This document shows positions 1 through 7,436 of a DNA stretch of 40,070 nucleotides, piece by piece. Numbering within the stretch: the stretch's first letter is position 1; every line of letters starts with the position of its first letter. Where the stretch lies: IMG/VR virus record IMGVR_UViG_3300033109_000116, positions 1 through 40,070 of that record; one strand, written 5' to 3'. Both the position numbers and the translations under genes were made by a program. The notes beneath the pieces were generated by a model. It had not been told where the DNA came from and did no database searches. It worked only from the letters and a program-made list of their open reading frames with translations. The stretch is from a virus (Duplodnaviria; Caudoviricetes).

Positions 1-471
1 ATGACGACACACGCACCCCTGCCCGACACCGCAACCATATCGGCCCGAATCGCTCAGCTGCCTCTGTTACCGATGGACAGCCTCTGGGCGCTGTGGGATG
101 AGCATTTCGACCAGCGGCCAAATCATCACCACCGCACCTGGCTGGAGAGTCGCCTTGCCTACAAACTTCAGGAACGCGCCTACGGTGGCCTCAAGGTTTC
201 GGTACGGCGCAAACTGGAAAGCATCGGCGAGACTGGCGTGCTGCCGAAGAATCTGCAACGCGATGCCGATCGCCTTCTGCCCGGCACCATACTGACGCGG
301 ACCTACGATGACGTCGATCACCATGTGTTGGTGCGCGCTGTACGTGACTTCGAATACCGAGGACAGCGATTCACCAGCTTGAGCGCCATTGCCAGGGTGA
401 TCACGGGCAGTCCATGGTCTGGGCCGCTGTTCTTCGGACTCAAGTCGCGCAACACGAAGGAGGTCGTATGA
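1..471 (+). CDS. DUF2924-family protein (serine recombinase-associated)
   Basis: RLAYKLQERAYGGL, LLPGTILTR, FEYRGQRFTSLSAIARVITGSPWSGPLFFGL; ATGA overlap with recombinase. Confidence 0.85.
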   Translation: MTTHAPLPDTATISARIAQLPLLPMDSLWALWDEHFDQRPNHHHRTWLESRLAYKLQERAYGGLKVSVRRKLESIGETGVLPKNLQRDADRLLPGTILTRTYDDVDHHVLVRAVRDFEYRGQRFTSLSAIARVITGSPWSGPLFFGLKSRNTKEVV

Positions 472-1886
472 GAACGATACGCACCATGCCCGCGCCTTCG
501 CAGCCGATCGTCCCGAAGAAGCGCTGCGCCATCTATACGCGCAAATCCACTGATGAAGGTCTGGACCAGGAGTACAACAGTCTCGAAGCGCAACGTGACG
601 CTGGCCTGGCATTCGTCGCCAGCCAGCGTCACGAAGGCTGGGTTGCTGTGGACGATGGCTACGACGACGGCGGCTACTCGGGAGGGAACTTGGATCGCCC
701 TGGTCTCAAGCGCCTCATGGCGGATATCGAGGCCGGCAAAATCGATATCGTCGTGGTCTACAAAATCGATCGTCTGACCCGCAGCCTGTCGGATTTTGCC
801 AAGCTGGTGGACGTGTTCGATCGCAACGGTGTGTCCTTCGTTTCGGTCACCCAGCAGTTCAACACGACCACGTCCATGGGGCGGCTGACGCTCAACATCC
901 TGCTGTCCTTTGCCCAATTTGAGCGAGAGGTCACTGGCGAGCGTATTCGCGACAAGATTGCCGCCAGCAAAGCCAAGGGAATGTGGATGGGCGGCATGCC
1001 CCCCTTGGGTTACGACGTCGTGGAGCGAAAGCTGGTGGTCAATGCCTCCGAAGCGAATTTGGTGCGTGGCATCTTCCGCCGCTATGCCGAGCATGGATCG
1101 GCGGCGCAACTGGTTCGTGAACTGGCCATAGAAGGTCACACCACGAAGTCCTGGGTTACCCAGGGTGGACAGCATCGGCCGGGCCGACCGATCGATCAGC
1201 AATACTTGTTCGCCATGCTGCGCAATCGCATCTACCTTGGCGAGATGGTGCATAAGGGAGAGAGTTATCCGGGGCAACACCAAGCCATCGTTTCTCCGGA
1301 ACTCTGGAATGCCGCCCACGCTTTCATCGAACGGCGGAAGCAAGGCCCTCGTGAGCACCGCACCGAGCATCCCGCACTGCTGGCCGGTCTACTGTTCGCA
1401 CCCGATGGGCAGCGCATGATTCATCACTTCACGAAGAAGAAAAACGGACGCCTCTATCGCTACTACGTGCCCTACCTGCACAAGCGGCGCAATGCCGGGG
1501 CCACATTGCTGCCCGGTACCGAAGATATCGGTGCCCTACCTGCCGCCGAGATCGAGGCCGCCGTCCTTGAACAAGTCCACCTGGTGCTCCGCTCGCCGGA
1601 GATGCTCGTCGCCACCTGGCGTGCCTGCCAGAAACATCCCGCTGGCGCGGATCTCGACGAAGGACATGTGCTGATCGCGATGCAACGAATCGGGGCAGTG
1701 TGGGAACAGCTCTTTCCGCTTGAGCAGCAACGTATCACGCAACTGCTGATCGAGCGTATCCAAGTGCACGGGCAAGGACTGGATATCCTTTGGCGCGAGG
1801 ACGGATGGATTGGGCTGGGGGCTGACATTGCGCAGCACCCTCTGGTTGAGGAGATGAAGGAATCCAGGGAGGAAGCGTTCGCATGA
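468..1886 (+). CDS. Large serine recombinase (resolvase + recombinase domains)
   Basis: CAIYTRKST catalytic Ser motif, DDGGYSGG, VVVYKIDRLTRS, FAQFERE, GGMPPLGY, LRNRIYLG; start at ATG 468 after GGAGG. Confidence 0.95.
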   Translation: MRTIRTMPAPSQPIVPKKRCAIYTRKSTDEGLDQEYNSLEAQRDAGLAFVASQRHEGWVAVDDGYDDGGYSGGNLDRPGLKRLMADIEAGKIDIVVVYKIDRLTRSLSDFAKLVDVFDRNGVSFVSVTQQFNTTTSMGRLTLNILLSFAQFEREVTGERIRDKIAASKAKGMWMGGMPPLGYDVVERKLVVNASEANLVRGIFRRYAEHGSAAQLVRELAIEGHTTKSWVTQGGQHRPGRPIDQQYLFAMLRNRIYLGEMVHKGESYPGQHQAIVSPELWNAAHAFIERRKQGPREHRTEHPALLAGLLFAPDGQRMIHHFTKKKNGRLYRYYVPYLHKRRNAGATLLPGTEDIGALPAAEIEAAVLEQVHLVLRSPEMLVATWRACQKHPAGADLDEGHVLIAMQRIGAVWEQLFPLEQQRITQLLIERIQVHGQGLDILWREDGWIGLGADIAQHPLVEEMKESREEAFA

Positions 1887-2368
1887 GAACGACCATCAAA
1901 CCTGCCATGAAAGCGAACAATCCCCGTCTGCGTAGTGTCCGTATCGATATCGGTGGCGATGCTCGCGACTACACCACAGGTCATCAGCGCATGACGCTGG
2001 TGCCGCTGACTATCCGGCGTAAGCAGAACCGGAAAGTGATGATTCCACCTCCTGGCGACGGATCAGGCCAGGGCAACGGAGGGCATGATCTGCCAATGAT
2101 CAAGATGTTGGGCAAGGCCTTCTACTGGCAGCGTCTGCTCGACGAGGGGCGCTATCCAACGGCGAACGATTTGGCGCGGTCATTGAAGCTTGAGCCCGGG
2201 TGGGTGGCAGAAGTCTTGCGCCTGACCACGTTGGCACCGGACATCATCGAGTCGGTTCTCGAGGGGCGCCAGCCCCGTGATCTGAACCTCCATACGTTAC
2301 GCGGCCGTCGCGACCAACTACCTCGTGACTGGCAAGAGCAACGCAAGGCGCTGGGATTCGCGCCCTGA
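1883..2368 (+). CDS. Recombinase-associated HTH-like protein
   Basis: ATGA overlap with recombinase; HTH-like TANDLARSLKLEPGWVAEVLRLTTLAPDIIESVLEGRQP. Confidence 0.75.
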   Translation: MRTTIKPAMKANNPRLRSVRIDIGGDARDYTTGHQRMTLVPLTIRRKQNRKVMIPPPGDGSGQGNGGHDLPMIKMLGKAFYWQRLLDEGRYPTANDLARSLKLEPGWVAEVLRLTTLAPDIIESVLEGRQPRDLNLHTLRGRRDQLPRDWQEQRKALGFAP

Positions 2369-2395
2369 TCGGCTAATTCCGAAATCCTGATGCTG

Positions 2396-2422
2396 ACGGC
2401 GAGCCCTGTGCTCGCCGTTTTT
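2396..2422 (+). terminator. Rho-independent terminator after the recombinase operon
   Basis: ACGGCGAGC-CCTGT-GCTCGCCGT-TTTT, perfect 9-bp stem. Confidence 0.75.
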
Positions 2423-2440
2423 GCGTCTACGGCCCGGCAT

Positions 2441-2495
2441 TGGCGAACCAGAAGTTCCGTCGTGGTTCGCCATTCGGTCCCTCTTATGTTCGCCA
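2441..2495. promoter_or_regulatory. Putative operator sites upstream of the early operon
   Basis: TGGCGAACCA-N12-TGGTTCGCCA perfect inverted repeat (2441-2472), plus a third half-site GTTCGCCA (2488-2495). Confidence 0.55.
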
Positions 2496-2549
2496 CCCGA
2501 CGACTGAAATGAGGCCTGCAATTCCTCAACAACGTCATAGGAGGCTTAC

Positions 2550-2813
2550 ATGCCGACACCAGTCAGTAACACCCCTCAATCGCCCCACCCGGCGATCAAC
2601 AGCCTGGCTCCGGGCGACCGGCGGGTTTTGAACGAAAACGAGCTCGCGCAGCGCTGGGGGGTCAGCCCCAAGACCCTGCAGCGTTGGCGCAGCGAAGGTC
2701 GCGGCCCCCGCTATCTCAAGCTGTCGAAGCGGGTCAGCTATCCCCTCGAGGCCGTCATCGACTTCGAATATAGCGCACTGCACGACTCGACCTCCGAGCG
2801 CGTGGCGCGGTGA
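2550..2813 (+). CDS. AlpA/excisionase-like HTH protein
   Basis: LNENELAQRWGVSPKTLQRWRSEGRGPRYLKL; RBS AGGAGG. Confidence 0.85.
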   Translation: MPTPVSNTPQSPHPAINSLAPGDRRVLNENELAQRWGVSPKTLQRWRSEGRGPRYLKLSKRVSYPLEAVIDFEYSALHDSTSERVAR

Positions 2814-2824
2814 AGGAGATAGCG

Positions 2825-3304
2825 ATGAACGACCTCACTGTCTTCCCCGATCAGCTCACCGCAATGTCGGTGTCGCAATTGCAGGCGCTGCCACCGGCAC
2901 ACCTCGTCGAAGTCCAGCGCAATCTCGGGCAACTGGCTGACTGGCTCAAGAAGGAGCAGGCCAAGGTGCATACCGCCATGCAGCAGCGATTCGAAGAACT
3001 GGAACGCGCCGCGCGTGCGGAAACCGGCAAGGACTTCGGCACGGTTCGCTTCCAGGATGGCCCGCTCTGCGTATCGGTCGACAAGCCGAAACGCGTCAGT
3101 TGGGACCAGAAGCAATTGGCTGAGATTGCCAAGCGCATCGCAGCGTCTGGTGATCGTGTCGAGGACTACCTCGACATCGAGTTCAGCGTCCCTGAATCCC
3201 GCTTCAACAACTGGCCGACGTCACTGCGCGAGCAGTTCGAGGCCGCCCGCACCGTCAAACCTGGCAAGGCCATCTACGCCCTTGATCTCGATTCTGAGGA
3301 GTAA
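2825..3304 (+). CDS. Hypothetical phage early protein
   Basis: AAGGAG RBS before ATG 2825; helical N-terminus, KRVSWDQKQL. Confidence 0.75.
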   Translation: MNDLTVFPDQLTAMSVSQLQALPPAHLVEVQRNLGQLADWLKKEQAKVHTAMQQRFEELERAARAETGKDFGTVRFQDGPLCVSVDKPKRVSWDQKQLAEIAKRIAASGDRVEDYLDIEFSVPESRFNNWPTSLREQFEAARTVKPGKAIYALDLDSEE

Positions 3305-3307
3305 CGC

Positions 3308-3589
3308 ATGAATACCATCAACACCTCCACGCTGCGCAAACGCGTCAGCTCACTCTTCGCCGACAACCTTCCCGAGCAGATCCGCTACCGGGATCAGGAC
3401 GGGCACGAAGTGGTCATCCCGACCCACACCGCGACCCTCGATGAACTGGCTTTCGCCATCCAGTTCGCCGCTGAGGAGCAGTCCCTTGCCAGTCGTCGCC
3501 GCTGCGCGCTGGACGATCTCTATGTCAATGCCCGCAAGGTCGGTGCGATCGGTTCGGATCGTCTGTCCGCGATCGACTGGAAGGAGTGA
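3308..3589 (+). CDS. Hypothetical protein
   Basis: GAGGAG RBS; fills the gap between neighbours. Confidence 0.7.
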   Translation: MNTINTSTLRKRVSSLFADNLPEQIRYRDQDGHEVVIPTHTATLDELAFAIQFAAEEQSLASRRRCALDDLYVNARKVGAIGSDRLSAIDWKE

Positions 3590-3591
3590 TC

Positions 3592-4350
3592 ATGACCATG
3601 CTTACTCCGTTTCAGTTCGAGTCGCACGCCCTCCGGGTGCAGATCGATGATGCTGGCCAGCCATGGTTCAACGCCAATGACGTCTGTGCTGCCCTGGAAT
3701 TGGCGAATCCCTCCGATGCTGTATCCAAGCACGTCGATGCCGATGACCTCGCAAAACGCGAGGTCATCGATAGCCTTGGGCGGACCCAGCGCGCCAACCA
3801 CGTCAATGAGTCTGGCCTTTACGCACTGATCCTCGGCAGCACCAAAGAGGCCGCGAAAAGGTTCAAGCGCTGGGTGACCAGCGAGGTCTTGCCGAGCATT
3901 CGCAAGACTGGGAGCTACGCGGTTCCAGCCCTGGCCGCTTTGCCCGCGCCGACGCAGGATCGTGTCACGGCCCTGTTGTTGATCGGCGAGGCCGTCGCCA
4001 AGGTGCCGGGAGTTAAGGCCGGGATTGCCATGGCCGCGACGCTTACGTGTATCCAGGAGAACACCGGTCTGACTGTCGAGACGATGCGTCGCGCGCTGCC
4101 TGTGGCTAACGAGCCAATCTGTTCGCTCAATGCGACCCAGCTCGGCAAGTTGATCGGCATCTCTGCCAAGGCAACCAACCAACGCCTGGCCAACTACAGT
4201 CTTCAGTTCCGCAATGATCGGGACGAGTGGGAACTGACCGAGGCGGGCGAATCCTGGGCTGAAGCCATGCCGTACTCGCGCAATGGCCATAGCGGCTACC
4301 AGATCCTCTGGAATCCGGCGGTTGCCGAGCAGCTGAAGGAGGTGGCGTGA
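3592..4350 (+). CDS. BRO-N domain protein (antirepressor-like)
   Basis: PWFNANDVCAALEL, VNESGLYALILGS, AKRFKRWVTSEVLPSIRKTGSY. Confidence 0.9.
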   Translation: MTMLTPFQFESHALRVQIDDAGQPWFNANDVCAALELANPSDAVSKHVDADDLAKREVIDSLGRTQRANHVNESGLYALILGSTKEAAKRFKRWVTSEVLPSIRKTGSYAVPALAALPAPTQDRVTALLLIGEAVAKVPGVKAGIAMAATLTCIQENTGLTVETMRRALPVANEPICSLNATQLGKLIGISAKATNQRLANYSLQFRNDRDEWELTEAGESWAEAMPYSRNGHSGYQILWNPAVAEQLKEVA

Positions 4351-5168
4351 TGGCTCTTCCCATCATTACCGCTGACCAGCGACTGCGCGAGAAGAAGGGC
4401 GTCAAGCTGGTGCTGCTCGGCAAGAGTGGCATCGGCAAGACCACCCAACTCAAGACGCTTCCTGAAGGCACCACCTTGTTCGTCGATCTGGAAGCCGGCG
4501 ATCTCGCGGTCAAGGACTGGCGTGGGGACTGTGTGCGCCCCACGACCTGGCCGGAGTTCCGTGATCTGGTGGTGTTTCTGGCAGGTCCGAACCCGGCATT
4601 GCCCGCCGAGGCTCCCTACTCGGAGGCGCACTATCAGCATGTCTGTGAGCGCTATGGCGATCCGGCGCAGCTGGCGAAATACGACTGCTACTTTGTCGAC
4701 AGCATCACGGTGTTGGCCCGGCTGGCTCTGATCTGGGCCAAGACCCAGCCGCAGGCGATGTCCGAGCGCACGGGCAAGCCCGACACGCGCGGTGCCTATG
4801 GCTTGCTTGGCACAGAGATGCTCGGTGCGCTGATGCATCTTCAGCATGCCCGGGGCAAGCACGTGGTGTTCGTGTCCATCCTCGATGAACGCCTCGACGA
4901 CTTCAATCGCAAGGTGTTCGTCCCGCAGATCGAAGGCGCCAAAACCTCGGCCGAGCTTCCCGGCATCGTGGATGAGGTGGTGACCCTTGCCGAGATCAAG
5001 GCCGAGGACGGCTCCGCCTACCGTGCCTTTGTCACCCACACCCTGAATCCCTATGGCTTTCCCGCCAAGGATCGCTCCGGCCAGCTTGATTTGCTGGAGC
5101 CCCCCGACTTGCGCGCGCTCATCGAGAAGTGCGCCACCGCAACCCAATCCCAAATTACCAAGGAGTAA
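4350..5168 (+). CDS. AAA_24 / Sak4-like ATPase
   Basis: Walker A GKSGIGKT, FVDLEAG, Walker B-like YFVDSIT, AKDRSG. Confidence 0.85.
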   Translation: MALPIITADQRLREKKGVKLVLLGKSGIGKTTQLKTLPEGTTLFVDLEAGDLAVKDWRGDCVRPTTWPEFRDLVVFLAGPNPALPAEAPYSEAHYQHVCERYGDPAQLAKYDCYFVDSITVLARLALIWAKTQPQAMSERTGKPDTRGAYGLLGTEMLGALMHLQHARGKHVVFVSILDERLDDFNRKVFVPQIEGAKTSAELPGIVDEVVTLAEIKAEDGSAYRAFVTHTLNPYGFPAKDRSGQLDLLEPPDLRALIEKCATATQSQITKE

Positions 5169-5170
5169 TC

Positions 5171-5776
5171 ATGTCTGCCTGGAACGATTTCAACGACGCT
5201 GAACAACAACAATCCTTCGACCTCATTCCCAAGGGCACGGTCGCCCGCGTGCGCATGACCATCAAGCCGGGTGGCTACGATGATGCCGCGCAGGGATGGA
5301 CGGGTGGCTATGCCACGCAGAGCTTCGACACGGGCAGCATCTACCTGGCCTGTGAGTTCGTGGTCCTTGAAGGTGAATTTGCCCGCCGCAAGATGTGGTC
5401 GAACATCGGCCTGCACAGTGCGAAGGGACCCGCATGGGGCAACATGGGCAGGACGTTCGTTCGCGCTGCGCTCAACAGTGCCCGCAATATCAATCCCAAG
5501 GACAACTCACCGCAAGCGGCCGCTGCGCGCCGCATCCAGGGGTTCCACGAACTGGACGGCATCGAGTTCGTCGCTCGCATCGATGTCGAGAAGGATGGTC
5601 GCGGTGAATTGCGTAATGTGGTGAAGATCGCAGTCGAGCCCGATCAGTCCGAGTACGCCCGCGCCGTCGGCAGCACACCCGCTCCGATGGTAGCGCCCAC
5701 CGCTGCGCGCCCGTCGACGCCGTCCACTTCTGCACCCAGCGCTTCTGTGTCCGGAAAACCGGCCTGGGCACAGTAA
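5171..5776 (+). CDS. DUF669-like single-stranded DNA-binding protein
   Basis: DFNDA...LIPKG start, EGEFARRKMW, P/A/S-rich linker, terminal KPAWAQ; follows the Sak4-like gene. Confidence 0.65.
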   Translation: MSAWNDFNDAEQQQSFDLIPKGTVARVRMTIKPGGYDDAAQGWTGGYATQSFDTGSIYLACEFVVLEGEFARRKMWSNIGLHSAKGPAWGNMGRTFVRAALNSARNINPKDNSPQAAAARRIQGFHELDGIEFVARIDVEKDGRGELRNVVKIAVEPDQSEYARAVGSTPAPMVAPTAARPSTPSTSAPSASVSGKPAWAQ

Positions 5777-5780
5777 GGGG

Positions 5781-5999
5781 ATGGGCATGAACGGGAAACG
5801 TTGCGGCAATTGCCGCCATCTCGATCCGTCAAGCGCCAGTGATATAGGCGGCCTGCGTATCGCACGCTGCCGCCATCCCAATGGTGTGCGTATCGGATCG
5901 ACACACATTCGCAATGATTACGTCGAACTCGATGCCTATTGCACGGACCACGCCGTCCGCGCTCGCCCGAGCAAGCCGGCCGGAGGCTGCCATGTATGA
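5781..5999 (+). CDS. Small Cys-containing hypothetical protein
   Basis: CGNC motif plus further Cys; ATGA overlap with next gene; start may be 5787. Confidence 0.6.
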   Translation: MGMNGKRCGNCRHLDPSSASDIGGLRIARCRHPNGVRIGSTHIRNDYVELDAYCTDHAVRARPSKPAGGCHV

Positions 6000-6490
6000 G
6001 CGGCAAATGCTGGGTATGCCAACGACAGGCGCGGGGATTCGGCCACTCCGACAACCGACATCGCATCGGCGATCCACGGCGGTACCCGATCGAATGGGTG
6101 TTCTGTTCACGCCGCTGTCAGGATGTGTTTCACACCCTGTATGGCAACTGGCTACGCGTGAAGGATGGTGGCAAGCGCATCGAGGAGGTCGCCATGATCG
6201 ATCCGTCTGACGTCGAACTGGCCGCCATGCGTAAGTGCCTCAAATCCTTCGGCGAGGCCGCCGGTGAGATTGGGTTTGCCAAACCACTCGGTGACTACAG
6301 CGAAGCCGAGGCACTGCGCGTGATCGACGCCATCGTCACTTGCTACACCGATGCGATGCTCGAGCACCACGAGGAGACAAAGTTTCCGCCGGTACGCGGC
6401 ATGGTGCCGACATCGGATCCGATGGCCAATCCCTTTGCTGATCTGGAGGACGACTTGCCGTGGGAAGACGGGAAGGGGGCGAAGCGATGA
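5996..6490 (+). CDS. DUF6511-like protein with N-terminal Zn-finger
   Basis: CWVC...FCSRRC; overlaps both neighbours. Confidence 0.7.
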   Translation: MSGKCWVCQRQARGFGHSDNRHRIGDPRRYPIEWVFCSRRCQDVFHTLYGNWLRVKDGGKRIEEVAMIDPSDVELAAMRKCLKSFGEAAGEIGFAKPLGDYSEAEALRVIDAIVTCYTDAMLEHHEETKFPPVRGMVPTSDPMANPFADLEDDLPWEDGKGAKR

Positions 6491-7224
6491 TGGACTTCAA
6501 CTCATCTTCAAGCCTCTCCGGTCAGATCACGGCATTGGTCGATCTTGGCATGCAGCGCCTGCGTTCCGAAGAGATGCCGCGTGACTACCTCGGGGCATCG
6601 CGTCTCGGCGTGTCCTGCGCGCGTGCGCTGCAGTACGAGTTTGCCAAGGCGCCGGTCGACCCTGGTCGTGACCATGATGGACGCTTGCTGCGCATTTTCA
6701 GACGCGGCCATGTCACCGAGGACTGCATGGTTGATTGGCTACGGGCGGCAGGGTTCGACCTGCGCACCCGCAAGGCCAACGGTGATCAGTTTGGCTTCTC
6801 GGCGGCCGGTGGACGTCTGCAAGGACATATCGACGGCGTCATCGTTGGTGGTCCCGAGGGGTTCACCTATCCCGCGCTCTGGGAAAACAAATGTCTCGGA
6901 TCGAAGTCCTGGCGCGATCTCGAAAAGAGCGGATTGGCGGTGGCCAAGCCGGTCTATGCCGCACAGGTGGCGATCTATCAAGCCTACCTCGAGTTACACG
7001 AGCAGCCGGCAATATTCACGGCAGTGAATGCCGACACCATGGAGATCTACACCGAACTGGTGCCCTTCGATGCAGCCCTGGCCCAGCGCATGTCCGATCG
7101 GGCACTGACGGTGATCTCGGCGACCGAAGCCGGCGAATTGCTGCCGCGAGCTTTCCATGACCCCACCCATTTTGAGTGCCGGATGTGCGCATGGCAGGAC
7201 CGGTGCTGGAGGAACACACCATGA
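6487..7224 (+). CDS. Cas4-like PD-(D/E)XK nuclease
   Basis: YLGASRLGVSC, GHIDG, WENK, YAAQVAIY, CRMC...RCW (four-Cys Fe-S pattern). Confidence 0.85.
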   Translation: MMDFNSSSSLSGQITALVDLGMQRLRSEEMPRDYLGASRLGVSCARALQYEFAKAPVDPGRDHDGRLLRIFRRGHVTEDCMVDWLRAAGFDLRTRKANGDQFGFSAAGGRLQGHIDGVIVGGPEGFTYPALWENKCLGSKSWRDLEKSGLAVAKPVYAAQVAIYQAYLELHEQPAIFTAVNADTMEIYTELVPFDAALAQRMSDRALTVISATEAGELLPRAFHDPTHFECRMCAWQDRCWRNTP

Positions 7225-7436
7225 ACCCATCATCCATCACCGATGTATTTGGCGAGCGCCTGGTCGATGCAAGCGAGGCTGCCCATTGCCTGAATCTGCC
7301 GATGTACCTGCTCACGCATCCCAAGGAGCGGGCACGACTTGGCATACCGCATTACCGGGTCGGCAAGCTCGTCCGCTTCAAATTGCACGAGTTAGAAACG
7401 TGGATGTTGGCACAGGGAGGCGCGTCGAATGCTTGA
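7221..7436 (+). CDS. Excisionase-like HTH protein
   Basis: LVDASEAAHCLNL...GIPHYRVGKLVRFKLHELETW. Confidence 0.75.
   Translation: MNPSSITDVFGERLVDASEAAHCLNLPMYLLTHPKERARLGIPHYRVGKLVRFKLHELETWMLAQGGASNA

Noticed and set aside
318-1370. 350-aa minus-strand ORF
   Set aside because: Antisense shadow of the recombinase; no motifs
6487-7224. Cas4-like gene as a sign of CRISPR-Cas
   Set aside because: No array or other cas genes; context is a phage recombination module
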